DNA of 64,000 bases from Planctomycetota bacterium. GTDB lineage: Bacteria > Planctomycetota > B15-G4. The stretch is from assembly GCA_038212275.1 (NCBI GenBank), contig JBBQUR010000009.1:32001-96000 (forward strand). Direction: 5' to 3'. The position numbers and the translations under genes were made by a program. The notes under the pieces are model-generated. The model ran no database searches. It worked only from the letters and a program-made list of their open reading frames with translations, and was not told the origin of the DNA. Of the stretch, positions 1 to 9,452 are shown piece after piece. How positions within the stretch are numbered: the stretch's first letter is position 1; every line of letters starts with the position of its first letter.

Positions 1-288
1 AGCCTGAGCGGCATCGGACGCAGCGGCACCGGCACGCTGTCGGTGGACGGCAAGGTCGTCGCCACGCAGACGATGGAGCGCACGATTCCGCTGATCCTGC
101 AGTGGGACGAGAACCTCGATGTCGGCTCGGACACGCTGACCCCCGTGGACGACAGCGACTATCAGTCGCCGTTCACCTTCACCGGCACCATCCGCAGGAT
201 CACGCTTTCGATCGACCGGCCGAAGCTCTCGGCCGAGGACGAGAAGCGCCTGGCCGCCGCGGAGCGGAACAACAAGGCGAGCGAGTAG
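1..288 (+). CDS. 3' end of a probable arylsulfatase (start lies before the window)
   Basis: Open frame from the window edge. The segment DGKVVATQTMERTIP...DENLDVGSDTLTPV..DYQSPFTFTGTI resembles the C-terminal domain of large bacterial arylsulfatases. Stop TAG at 286-288. Confidence 0.7.
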   Translation, partial: SLSGIGRSGTGTLSVDGKVVATQTMERTIPLILQWDENLDVGSDTLTPVDDSDYQSPFTFTGTIRRITLSIDRPKLSAEDEKRLAAAERNNKASE

Positions 289-335
289 GGGAGGTCCGGG
301 CTGGCGACCGGGGCGGCTTGTGCGATGCTCGCGGC

Positions 336-1022
336 GTGATTCCGTCCGAGCTCATCGACACGACGGCCGTGCCCGGCACGGACAAGCTGATGACCCTTTA
401 CCGTCGCGGCGACATCTGGTCGATCCGCGTCGGCGGGGTCGAGTTGATGAACAACCGGATCTATGGCAAGGACTGTGCGCTGGCCGAGTTCGGCTGCGAG
501 GCGCTGGCGGACCGCGAACGGGCCCGCGTGCTCGTCGGCGGGCTGGGCATGGGCTTCACGCTGGCGCGCACGCTGGCGCTGCTCGGGCCCGAGAGCCGCG
601 TCGTCGTGGCCGAACTCGTGCCCGCCGTCGTCCACTGGAACGAGACCCGCTTCGGCGAGCTTGCCGATCACCCGCTGCGGGACCCGCGCGTCACCGTCGT
701 GCAGGGTGACGTCGGCAAGCTGATGCGCGCCGAACGCGGCGGCTTCGACGCCGTCCTGCTGGACGTGGACAACGGCCCCGAGGGCCTCTCGCGCGAGGGC
801 AACGACAAGCTCTACAGCGCCGCCGGCCTGGCCGTGGCGGGCGCGGCCCTGCGCCCCGGCGGCGTGCTGGGCTTCTGGTCGCTCTCCGGCGATCAGGCCT
901 TCAGCGAGCGCCTGCGTCGTGCCGGATTCGCGGTGAAGGAGCACCACGTCCGCAAGCGCGGCGGCCGAAGCCGCCAGACGATCTTCGTGGCCCGGCCCCA
1001 GGAGAAACGCAGCCGGCGCTAA
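336..1022 (+). CDS. Spermidine synthase-like SAM-dependent methyltransferase
   Basis: VLVGGLGMGFTL glycine loop, VVAELVPAVV and FDAVLLDVDNGP motifs. GTG start at 336 chosen; the upstream part of the long ORF looks non-coding. Confidence 0.8.
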   Translation: MIPSELIDTTAVPGTDKLMTLYRRGDIWSIRVGGVELMNNRIYGKDCALAEFGCEALADRERARVLVGGLGMGFTLARTLALLGPESRVVVAELVPAVVHWNETRFGELADHPLRDPRVTVVQGDVGKLMRAERGGFDAVLLDVDNGPEGLSREGNDKLYSAAGLAVAGAALRPGGVLGFWSLSGDQAFSERLRRAGFAVKEHHVRKRGGRSRQTIFVARPQEKRSRR

Positions 1023-1036
1023 CGCTGCCGTCTCGC

Positions 1037-1672
1037 TCAGTCCCGCGTGCGCCGGTAGATCGGCGGGACGTGTTCCGGCGAGGTGAGGCTCGAGCCGAGG
1101 TCCTTGAGGATGCCGTTCTCGAGGCCGTAGACCCAGGCGTGCACCTCGATCCCGTGGCCGGCGCTCCAGCTCTGCTGCACCACCGTGGTGCGCGCGACAT
1201 TCTGAGCCTGGGCCTCGACGTTGAGCTCGCAGAGCCGCTTCAGGCGAGCGTCCTCGCTCGGCAGCGACTCGAGTTCTTCTCGATGCAGGAGGTAGACATC
1301 CTTGATGCCGCGCAGCCAGTTGTCCGAGAGGCCCAGCGGCTCGCCGCGGTAGGCGGCCTGCACGCCGCCGCAACCGTAGTGGCCGCACACGATCACGTGC
1401 TTCACGCCCAGCACCTCGATCGCGAACTGCAGGACCGACAGCATGTTGAGGTCGGTCTGGTAGACGATGTTGGCGACGTTGCGGTGCACGAACAGCTGGC
1501 CCGGTGCAAGATCGACGATCTCGTTGGCGGGCACGCGGGAGTCGCTGCAGCCGATCCACAGGAACTCGGGCGCCTGCAGGCGCGAGAGCCTGCGGAAGAA
1601 ATCCGGGTCGCGGGCGGTGACGCTCGCGGCCCAGCGACGATTGTTGTCGAGAAGCGTGTGCAGGCTCGCCAT
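1037..1672 (-). CDS. can: Beta-class carbonic anhydrase
   Basis: Zinc-ligand motifs WIGCSDSRVP, FVHRNVAN and CGHYGCGG. Confidence 0.95.
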   Translation of the reverse strand: MASLHTLLDNNRRWAASVTARDPDFFRRLSRLQAPEFLWIGCSDSRVPANEIVDLAPGQLFVHRNVANIVYQTDLNMLSVLQFAIEVLGVKHVIVCGHYGCGGVQAAYRGEPLGLSDNWLRGIKDVYLLHREELESLPSEDARLKRLCELNVEAQAQNVARTTVVQQSWSAGHGIEVHAWVYGLENGILKDLGSSLTSPEHVPPIYRRTRD

Positions 1673-1982
1673 GGTGGTCGTCACCATCCGCCACGTTGCG
1701 AAGCTTTGCAAGCAGAGTGCGGGACACGCGACGCCCTCGTCGCATGTCCGCCCGGCACGCCTGCCGGCCCACGGTGGTCTTGGCGCCTGAGGGATTCACC
1801 CGCACCAGGGTGCCGAGCGTCGAATCGATCGCGTAAAGCTCCGAGCCGAACGCTCCGCCCTGACCGTACTCCACTCCGCCGAGGCCGCAGCCTCGCGATT
1901 CCTTGGACGTGAACACGCATCGCCCGGTGCGATCGAACTTCTTCTCGACGACGGTTCGGCCCGCTCGCGGCGTCCGGCCCGG

Positions 1983-2243
1983 TCAGTCCTCGAGGCTGTC
2001 CACGACCAGCTTGGCGTCGCGGAGTCCGACGCCGGTGGCCTCGCGATACGCCTTGATGGCAGCGATCTTGCCTTCGACCGGCAGGATGCGGCGTGCCAGT
2101 TCCAATGCGTTGCGGTCTACCGGAGGAGGGGGGACGTCCGGCGCGGCATCGGCCGAAGCTCGAAGCGAAGCTCGAAGCCGCCCGAGCAAGTAGCCGCCCA
2201 CGACCACCGCCGCCGCCACCATCACACCGCTCATGTCTTCCAT
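1983..2243 (-). CDS. Small membrane-anchored protein with a ribosomal L7/L12 C-terminal-like motif
   Basis: Hydrophobic N-terminus, then KIAAIKAYREATGVGLRDAKLVVD, which matches the L7/L12 CTD-like pattern. GGAAGGG SD-like sequence upstream. Confidence 0.7.
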   Translation of the reverse strand: MEDMSGVMVAAAVVVGGYLLGRLRASLRASADAAPDVPPPPVDRNALELARRILPVEGKIAAIKAYREATGVGLRDAKLVVDSLED

Positions 2244-2389
2244 GGTCTGGCCCCTTCCGGTCGTCGCCCGCGCGCCCAGCTCGGCCGAACGGACGGTGAC
2301 TGTCGCACGAAGGGCGCCGAGCCGCCCTCACGATCGTGTGCAAAAATCCCGTTGACGACGCGCCCGCCCGCTTCAAGCTGTGCCGAACC

Positions 2390-4831
2390 ATGGGAAGCAG
2401 AAGCGCCACGCAAGTCTCCGGCGGCCCGCGTTGGCTCATGCCGGTGCTGCTGTTGCTGTTCGTGGCAAGTGGTGCAAGCGGGCTGATCTGCCAGCAGCTC
2501 TGGTTGCGGCTTCTCTCGCTGGTGTTCGGCGTGACGGTGTACGCGGCCGCCACGACGCTGGCCAGCTTTCTGGGCGGGCTCGCACTGGGAGGCCTGCTCG
2601 CGGGGCGACTTGCGGACCGCGTGCGCTCGCCGTTGCGGCTGCTCGGCTTCGTGGAACTGGGCGTCGGCGTCTTCGCGCTCGCGACGCCCTGGGCGCTGGC
2701 CGGCGTGCAGGCGGCCTGGGTCTCATGGCACGCGACGCTGCCCGACGGCGGCCCGGCCATCGCCGTGGCGCGCTTCCTCTGCGCCGGCGCGGTGCTGCTC
2801 GTGCCGACCACGCTCATGGGCGCGTCGCTGCCGATCATCGTGCGCTCGTCGCTGCTGCGCGGCGGTGCGGCAGGTCCTCGAGTCAGTGCGCTCTACGCGG
2901 CCAACACGGCCGGCGCGCTGGCGGGCACGCTGCTCTGTGGCCTCGTCCTGATCGAGGCCGTCGGCATCCAGGCCTCGTTCCGCGTCGCCGCCTCGCTCAA
3001 TCTGGTGGCGGGCCTCCTGGCGCTGGTGCTCGCGCGGCACCAGGCCACGCGCACGCTCCCTGCCTCGGCGTCGGCCGGACACGCTGCGGCCACGGCGACG
3101 CACGCTGCGGCCACGGCGACGCACGCTGCGACCACGGCGACGCACGCTGCGGCCACGGCGACGCACGCTGCGGCCACAGCAACGCACGAGGCGGCTGCGG
3201 ACGCGCTGGACACCGCGTGGACGGACGTGGCCGTGGCCGCGCGACGGGACGGCGGCGGGAGGCTGTTGCTCGCGACGTGCGCGCTTTCGGGCTTCGTCGC
3301 GCTGGCGCTCGAGGTGCTGTGGTTTCGAGCGTTGCTGGGCGTGATCAACGCCACGACCTCCTCGTTCACCTTCATGCTCGCGGCGGTGCTGGCCGGCATC
3401 GCGGGCGGAAGCGCGCTGGCGTCGCTGCTGAGCGCGCGTCGGCCGGGCCCGGTCGGGAAGGCGTGGTTGCAGCTCGCGCTGCTGCAACTCCTGCTCGCCG
3501 TGATGCTGCCCGTCTCGTTCGGCTGGCTCGGCTCCGCGACCAGCGTGCACGCCTGGTTGTTCGGTCCCTTCGATCCGCACGTCGGCAACGGCTTCACGCT
3601 GCCCGCCATTGCCGCGGCGCTCGCCATCCTGCCGGCCGCGCTGCTCATGGGGCTGAGCTTTCCGCTGGGGCTGCGCCTCTTCGTGGAGGGCGCGCCCGAT
3701 GTCGCGCGGCGCACCGGCGTGTTCTGCGCGTTCAACCTGTGCGGAGGCCTCGCCGGCGCGCTCGTCGCCGGCTTCGGGCTGCTGCCGCATGCGGCCCTCG
3801 ACTCCAGCGTGCTGTGGATGTCGGCCGTCAGTTTCGTTGCCGGGTTGGCGCTGCTCGTTCCCGTGTCGCGCGCCGCGCCGCGACAGGCCGGCATCGTCGC
3901 TGCGGCGGCTTGCGCGCTCTTCGCGCTCGCGGCGTTCTCGATGGGCAACCCGCTGGCGGAGGCGTGGCATCACCGCCACCCGGCCGAGTTGCAGCTCGAG
4001 CATGTCGACGGCGCGCAGACCTCCGTGGACATTTCGCGCCGTGAGGACGGCGTGACGGTCATGTACCTCGACGGGCTGCACCAGGCGAACGACTCGGCGG
4101 AAATGCTGCGCTACCACTCGCTCATCGGGCACTGGGGCCTGCTGCTGCACCCGAAGCCCCGGCGCGTGCTGTGCATCGGGCTCGGCGGCGGCGTGACGGC
4201 CGGCGCCGCCGCCGCGCATCCCGACGTGGAGGTGGACATCGTCGAGCTGTCGGACACCGTGGTGAGCGCGGCCTGGGAGTATTTCGAGGCGGCGAACGGC
4301 TACGTGCTCGACCGTCCGAACGTGCACCTGCGTGTGGACGATGGCCGCAACTGGCTGGCCGTCTCGGGTCGCCGCTACGACGTGATCACGGCCGACCTCA
4401 TCCAGCCGCGCCACGCCGGCGCGGGCAATCTCTACTCCGTCGAGTACTTCCGGCTGGCGCGCGCGGCCCTGAACGAAGGCGGCCTCATGGTGCAGTGGGT
4501 GTCCGAGCCCGGGAGCGAGTCGTGGCGGCTCATCGTGCGCACCTTCCTCGAAGCCTTTCCGGACGCGACGCTCTGGTGCGACGGCACGCTGCTCGTGGGC
4601 AGCACGCGACCCTTCGAGCTGCGGCCCGAGGTCATGGCGCGCAAGCTGGCCAGCCCGGAGGTGCTGCGCATCGCACGGGAGATGGGCTTCTTCAACTCGA
4701 TCGCGCTGATGAAGGCCTACACCAGCGGCCCCGACGAACTGCGCGCGCAGGTCGGCGACGGCCCGCTGCTCACGGACGATCATCCGCTGCTCGAATACGA
4801 CCTGACGTGGCAGGCAGGGCGCGCGCACTGA
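2390..4831 (+). CDS. Fused MFS-like membrane / spermidine synthase-like protein
   Basis: Multi-TM N-terminus (SGASGLICQQLWLR, LYAANTAGALAG) plus a C-terminal domain with VLCIGLGGGVT, DDGRNWL, YDVITAD and LLTDDHPLLEY. Start is uncertain (2390 or 2438). Confidence 0.88.
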   Translation: MGSRSATQVSGGPRWLMPVLLLLFVASGASGLICQQLWLRLLSLVFGVTVYAAATTLASFLGGLALGGLLAGRLADRVRSPLRLLGFVELGVGVFALATPWALAGVQAAWVSWHATLPDGGPAIAVARFLCAGAVLLVPTTLMGASLPIIVRSSLLRGGAAGPRVSALYAANTAGALAGTLLCGLVLIEAVGIQASFRVAASLNLVAGLLALVLARHQATRTLPASASAGHAAATATHAAATATHAATTATHAAATATHAAATATHEAAADALDTAWTDVAVAARRDGGGRLLLATCALSGFVALALEVLWFRALLGVINATTSSFTFMLAAVLAGIAGGSALASLLSARRPGPVGKAWLQLALLQLLLAVMLPVSFGWLGSATSVHAWLFGPFDPHVGNGFTLPAIAAALAILPAALLMGLSFPLGLRLFVEGAPDVARRTGVFCAFNLCGGLAGALVAGFGLLPHAALDSSVLWMSAVSFVAGLALLVPVSRAAPRQAGIVAAAACALFALAAFSMGNPLAEAWHHRHPAELQLEHVDGAQTSVDISRREDGVTVMYLDGLHQANDSAEMLRYHSLIGHWGLLLHPKPRRVLCIGLGGGVTAGAAAAHPDVEVDIVELSDTVVSAAWEYFEAANGYVLDRPNVHLRVDDGRNWLAVSGRRYDVITADLIQPRHAGAGNLYSVEYFRLARAALNEGGLMVQWVSEPGSESWRLIVRTFLEAFPDATLWCDGTLLVGSTRPFELRPEVMARKLASPEVLRIAREMGFFNSIALMKAYTSGPDELRAQVGDGPLLTDDHPLLEYDLTWQAGRAH
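3080..3195 (+). repeat. 21-bp coding tandem repeat (about 5.5 copies, HAAATAT)
   Basis: Unit cacgctgcggccacggcgacg starts at 3080, 3101, 3122, 3143 and 3164, with a partial copy at 3185. Confidence 0.95.
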
Positions 4832-4909
4832 GGCGTCCGCGCGCCGCGCGCTGGGCGCAGCGTGCTGGGCGCCGCGTGTCACGCGATGAGCGCCGCGGCC
4901 GCGGCAGGT

Positions 4910-5680
4910 TCAGCGCGGCTTGCGCGCCACCACGGAGTAACCGAGGCACGCGGACTCGTCGTGCGTGAAGCCCGCCGTGAACGCGAACCAGCACTGCACC
5001 AGCGCGATGAGCGGCAGCGCGAGCGGAGCGCGCCAGCGCGAGAGCGAGACCGCGCCGTCCGGATGGATGGTCCTTGCACCCAGCGTGCGCAGCAGGTGCT
5101 GCGCCAGCGCGGCGCCCGCGGCGTCGGCGCCGTTGCCGCGCGGCGTCACCGACTCCACCGTCAGTCCGTGGCGCTCGATGAGCGCGCGGATGCCGGCGGC
5201 CGTGTAGCGATAGAAGTCGTAGGGGAGCGCGTGCAGCGGCGTGCAGAAGGGCACCGTGACCAGCAGCGCGCCGCCCGGCGCCAGCGCGCGGGCAAGTTCC
5301 GCGACGCAGCGGTCCGGATCAGGCAGGTGCTCCAGCACCTCGAGCGACAGCACGGTGTCGAAACGATTGCTCGCGAAGGGCAGGCATTGCCCGTCGCCCC
5401 ACACGTCCACGACGCCCTGCGCGCGGAGCATGCGGTCACTGATGCCTGGATTGAGGTTGTCGCACGAGGGCGGGTACTCCAGCCCGACGTACTGCGTGAC
5501 GTGCGGCGCGAACAGCGCGGCATACGGCCGGTCGCCGACGCCGACGTCGAGCATCCGTCCGCGCGCCTTCGGGGCGAGGTCCGCGACGGCGCGGCGCAGG
5601 CGGCGCGTTTCCATCCAGTAGGGGTTGAAGGGCGTGCCCTTGTGCCACGCGAAGATCCGTGCTTTGAGGCTGCGCGCCAT
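4910..5680 (-). CDS. Class I SAM-dependent methyltransferase
   Basis: MLDVGVGDRPY, GDGQCLPFASNRFDTVL..EVLEH, VTVPF and PYDFYRYT motifs, typical of glycan-locus methyltransferases. Confidence 0.88.
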   Translation of the reverse strand: MARSLKARIFAWHKGTPFNPYWMETRRLRRAVADLAPKARGRMLDVGVGDRPYAALFAPHVTQYVGLEYPPSCDNLNPGISDRMLRAQGVVDVWGDGQCLPFASNRFDTVLSLEVLEHLPDPDRCVAELARALAPGGALLVTVPFCTPLHALPYDFYRYTAAGIRALIERHGLTVESVTPRGNGADAAGAALAQHLLRTLGARTIHPDGAVSLSRWRAPLALPLIALVQCWFAFTAGFTHDESACLGYSVVARKPR

Positions 5681-5759
5681 CCGGCCGACGATAGCAAACG
5701 TCGGCGCGCCGTTCGTGCGCGGGCGGCCTCGGCGCCGACGCGTGTCTCGCGGCGCGGCC

Positions 5760-5800
5760 GGCGAGCGGCGAGCGGCGAGCGGCGAACGGCGAGCGGCGAG
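5760..5800. repeat. 7-bp intergenic tandem repeat (ggcgagc x about 6)
   Basis: Read directly from the sequence. Confidence 0.9.
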
Positions 5801-5803
5801 ACG

Positions 5804-7852
5804 CTACGGCGCGTCCATCAGCACCGCATCGATCACCGTGCCGTCGGCGAGCGCCGTCGTGTCCAGAATGAGCCGCGTGGCGGCCCACGTTCCGGCCGGG
5901 TCGATGAGATCCAGGCGCAGCAGACCGCGCGGCAACGTGATCGATCGCTCGGACGGCTCGAGCTGCACCAGCCGCGTGTCGAGCGCCGTGCCGCCGGCGA
6001 CGGCCGACGAGATCTTCACCGACAGCGGCGCACTCAACGGCTCCGGCGCGCGCGGGTCGAAGGCGTTCAGCTCCACCCGCACCGACGGCAGGCCGCCGTC
6101 CCGCGGTGGGGGCTGCGCGAGCACGAGCAGCAGCTCCTGCGACGTGCCGGGAAGGAGCTGCACGATGCGGCTCGCCACGCCGTCCGCCGGCTCGTGGCCG
6201 TGCGCCGTGACGAGCACGCTTCCCTGGAGATTCAGCGCGTCGAAGTCGACGCGGCCCTTGGAATCGAGGATCCGGATCGACTCACCGGTCACCTGTCCGA
6301 GCGGGAGCACGGAGACCATGCCGCCGTCCGCCGGTCGCCCGTCGGCGCGCTGCACCTGCACGGTGAGCTGCGACGCGGCGAGCAGCGTGAAGCGCTGCGG
6401 CGCCATGCCCGCCGTGATGTCGATGGGGAAGGTGCTCGTGCCGAAGCCCTCCACCGCGCAGCCGAGCAGCTGGCTGCGGCCCGGACTGGCCTGCTCCAGC
6501 GTGAACCGGCCTGCGTCGTCCGTGATCGCGCCGGTCCACTGGCCGCCCGCGTTCCGCTCGAGCCAGACCGTGGCACCCGGGACGCCACGGCCCTCGATGT
6601 CCACCAGCTGGCCCGGGACCTGCACGCCGCGATGCAGCGACACCACCACGCGCATCGGGCGCGCTTCCGTGCGCTCCGGCGCGGCGATGACGGAGGGAAC
6701 GAAATCCTGGCAGGTCACCGTGATCGGCGAGCGCGCTGCGAGCTCCACGCCGATGAACCGGGCGCAACCATCGGGGCCGGCATACCAAGCCATTGCCGAA
6801 CCGCCGCGCCGACTCCGCAGCGTGACGCGCGCCTCGGGCAGCGGCGCCTGCGTGACCGCATCGACGACCTGCACGATGATGTCGGTCAGCTCGTCGCAGC
6901 GGATGTCCCAGAGCACATCCACGCCGGGCGAGAGCAGCGACGGGACAGGGCCGAGCGCCTGCGCCCATGCATCGCCGACTTCGAGCGTCACGTCGGCGTG
7001 GCCGAGGAGGTTGCGATCGAATCGGTAGTGCTGCTCGTCGACGCTCGACGTCGCGCTGCCCGACCAGCGGCCGCCGCGCTCGTCCGTCCAGCTCCAGCGC
7101 GCCGAGAGCCGGACGTCGTCTCCGGTCAGCGCCATCGAGCCCGGATCGAAGCGGCCGTGCAGCGACGCGGCGGCCGGGAGGCGCACGTCCAGCACCTCGT
7201 CCGCGCGGCCGTCGGTGACAAGGCTCACGTCGCGCCAGGGTCCCAGCGAGAACTCGAGCGTCACGCGCAGCGCGGCGTGGCCGAGGGCGTCGTCGATGGG
7301 CCAGCGCCACAGTCCGTCCGGGTCGGGACTTGCCCGGTGCAGGGCGATCGGTTGTGGCGACGGACGGACGCCCGCGTCGAGGATCTCCTCGATGGCGAGG
7401 CCTTCCGTCGCGCGGGCCGCTGCAGTCACCGCGCCGGACTTTTCGGCCTTCTCGTCCGGCTCGTCCAGCACGAGCACGCTGGCGGAGATCTGAAGGTCGA
7501 CGGGCGTGTTCCCGGCGGCGTCGCGGAGGCGGGCGATGAAGACGCGTCCGTAGATCTCGTCGTCGAAGCGGGCGTCGCCCGAAGAATCCTCGCCGACCGG
7601 CACGCGGGCCCAGCCCGGTTCGAGCGCGGGTTCGAGCGGTTGCGGCCCGTCGCGCCGGACCGATGCCGGCAACGCTACGGGCTGCAGATCCACGGCGTGC
7701 CCGGCGCCCGGCGCGTCGCGGGCCCGCAGAATGGAAGGCGAGTCTGCCTCCGGCGCGCCGCCGCCGTCGCGCAGCAGCAACACGGACACGGCCGCGACGA
7801 GTGCGGCGCCCAGCAGCGCGAGTCGTGCCGTCCGCGGAAGAAAGCGTGCCAT
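5804..7852 (-). CDS. Secreted or membrane-anchored protein with carboxypeptidase regulatory-like domains
   Basis: N-terminal hydrophobic anchor. Repeated patterns VVDAVTQAPLPEARV, GQLVDIEGRGVPGATV, TDDAGRFTL and VQRADGRP. Confidence 0.7.
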   Translation of the reverse strand: MARFLPRTARLALLGAALVAAVSVLLLRDGGGAPEADSPSILRARDAPGAGHAVDLQPVALPASVRRDGPQPLEPALEPGWARVPVGEDSSGDARFDDEIYGRVFIARLRDAAGNTPVDLQISASVLVLDEPDEKAEKSGAVTAAARATEGLAIEEILDAGVRPSPQPIALHRASPDPDGLWRWPIDDALGHAALRVTLEFSLGPWRDVSLVTDGRADEVLDVRLPAAASLHGRFDPGSMALTGDDVRLSARWSWTDERGGRWSGSATSSVDEQHYRFDRNLLGHADVTLEVGDAWAQALGPVPSLLSPGVDVLWDIRCDELTDIIVQVVDAVTQAPLPEARVTLRSRRGGSAMAWYAGPDGCARFIGVELAARSPITVTCQDFVPSVIAAPERTEARPMRVVVSLHRGVQVPGQLVDIEGRGVPGATVWLERNAGGQWTGAITDDAGRFTLEQASPGRSQLLGCAVEGFGTSTFPIDITAGMAPQRFTLLAASQLTVQVQRADGRPADGGMVSVLPLGQVTGESIRILDSKGRVDFDALNLQGSVLVTAHGHEPADGVASRIVQLLPGTSQELLLVLAQPPPRDGGLPSVRVELNAFDPRAPEPLSAPLSVKISSAVAGGTALDTRLVQLEPSERSITLPRGLLRLDLIDPAGTWAATRLILDTTALADGTVIDAVLMDAP

Positions 7853-7960
7853 CGATGCCTGCGCCCGGGAGGAGAGCAGAGCGTAGCGCAGCGGCCCCCT
7901 GCGCGTGACGGCTCGCCCCGGCATTCCGCGCCGCATCGCCGGAAGCTACAACGCCCCGAC

Positions 7961-8695
7961 ATGAAGCCGACGACTTCACCCGCCGGAGATGCTTCCGCAC
8001 CGGACACGAGGTGGAACGCCGCAAGCGCCTACACGGCGGACGAGGCACTGGCCATGGACGCCTGGCTCGTGGCCGAGCGCGGTTGCTCGATCACGGAACT
8101 CATGGCCGTGGCGGGCGCTCGCGTGGCCGACGCCGCGCGCGCACTGCTCCGCGAGCGAAGCCTCGCGCGCATCGTCTTCCTGGTCGGTCCGGGCAACAAC
8201 GGCGGCGATGGCCTCGTCGCGGAGCGCGTGTTGCGCGGCGAGGTGGAGACGCAGCTCTGGCTCCCGCTGCCACGCACGCGCGCCGCCGAGGCCGTGGCGG
8301 GTGTCGGCGCGTTTCCAGCACGGCCGGACGCCGCGCCGCCGTTGCTCGATGCGCGCACGCTGCTCGTCGACGGCCTCTTCGGAGTCGGGTTGCGCCGGCC
8401 TCTCGAGGGCGCGGAGCGCGCGGCCGTCGAGCGCGTCAATGCCTCCGACGCGACGGTCCTCGCGATCGACATCCCGAGCGGCCTGCACGCGACGACGGGC
8501 GAGGTGCCGGGCGCGCGCCGCGGCGCCGCGATCCGCGCCGATGTCACGCTGACCTTCGTCGGCCCCAAGCGCGGCTTCTTCCTGGGTTCCGGCCCTGCGC
8601 ACGTCGGGGCGTGGCGCGCGGTGGACATCGGCTTTCCGCCGCAGCTCGCGCACGACTGGCTCGCGCGCCGTCGCGGCGCGGAGTCGACGTCGTGA
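7961..8695 (+). CDS. nnrE: NAD(P)H-hydrate epimerase (stand-alone YjeF N-terminal domain)
   Basis: LMAVAG, GPGNNGGDG, DGLFGVG, AIDIPSG, ADVTLTF and VDIGFP motifs. Confidence 0.9.
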   Translation: MKPTTSPAGDASAPDTRWNAASAYTADEALAMDAWLVAERGCSITELMAVAGARVADAARALLRERSLARIVFLVGPGNNGGDGLVAERVLRGEVETQLWLPLPRTRAAEAVAGVGAFPARPDAAPPLLDARTLLVDGLFGVGLRRPLEGAERAAVERVNASDATVLAIDIPSGLHATTGEVPGARRGAAIRADVTLTFVGPKRGFFLGSGPAHVGAWRAVDIGFPPQLAHDWLARRRGAESTS

Positions 8696-9411
8696 AGGGC
8701 GCGGCCGGCGCCGTCGGCGAGCCCGGGGCCGGGGACTCGATCGGGACGATCGCGCGACTGGTCGAGGCGTATCGCGCGCGGCATCCCGAAGAAGTTGCCA
8801 CGCTCGCGCCGCTCGTGGCGCAGCTGCTTCGTCCCGAGCGGCCCGATGATCGCGCCACGCTGCCGGGGCACCTCACCGCGGCGGCGCTGCTGCTGCATCC
8901 GTCGCGGCGCGAGCTGCTGCTCGTCCATCACCGTGTGTTGCAGCGCTGGTTGCAGCCCGGCGGACATCTCGAGCACGGCGAGCTTCCTGCGGACGCCGCG
9001 GGGCGCGAACTGCGCGAGGAGACCGGAGTCGACGGCGCGGTGCTGCACGCATGGCACGCGATGCACGGGCTGTCGTGCGGCGCCACGCTCCCGATCGACA
9101 TCGACATCCACGGCATCCCCGCCAACGAACGCAAGCGCGAACCGGCGCATCTGCACCTGGACTTCCGCTACGTGTTCGTGCTCCCGACGAAAGCACGCGG
9201 GTCGCACTCTCCGGCCGAGGCGCGTCGCGACGCGCACCGCGACGCGGACGACCCCGAGCTGCGTCCCGACCTCGGCGAGGTGACGCACCTGCGCTGGATG
9301 AGCCTCGACGCGCTGGCCTCGCGCGACGGCTCCGCGCCGCCGGTGGACGGCCTGCAGCGCGCCGCGCGCAAACTGCTGGCGGCGCTCGCGTCCGGCGCCG
9401 TGCCCGCGTAA
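8692..9411 (+). CDS. NUDIX hydrolase
   Basis: PGHLTA, Nudix box WLQPGGHLE...AAGRELREETG, and HLHLDFRY. GTG start overlaps the nnrE stop. Confidence 0.9.
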   Translation: MKGAAGAVGEPGAGDSIGTIARLVEAYRARHPEEVATLAPLVAQLLRPERPDDRATLPGHLTAAALLLHPSRRELLLVHHRVLQRWLQPGGHLEHGELPADAAGRELREETGVDGAVLHAWHAMHGLSCGATLPIDIDIHGIPANERKREPAHLHLDFRYVFVLPTKARGSHSPAEARRDAHRDADDPELRPDLGEVTHLRWMSLDALASRDGSAPPVDGLQRAARKLLAALASGAVPA

Positions 9412-9452
9412 GCTCGCGACGGTTGCGCCACGGCGGCGCAGCGGGGGCTGCC

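Noticed and set aside
3080..3195. CRISPR array
   Set aside because: Head-to-tail repeats without spacers, in frame within a CDS, and no cas genes in the window.
4862..7960. Very long alternative ORFs (such as 4862-8695, 16699-20418, 23760-27032, 57361-60408 at full length, 61806-63878)
   Set aside because: These are shadow or antisense frames or upstream extensions expected in high-GC DNA. Only the parts with family motifs were kept.
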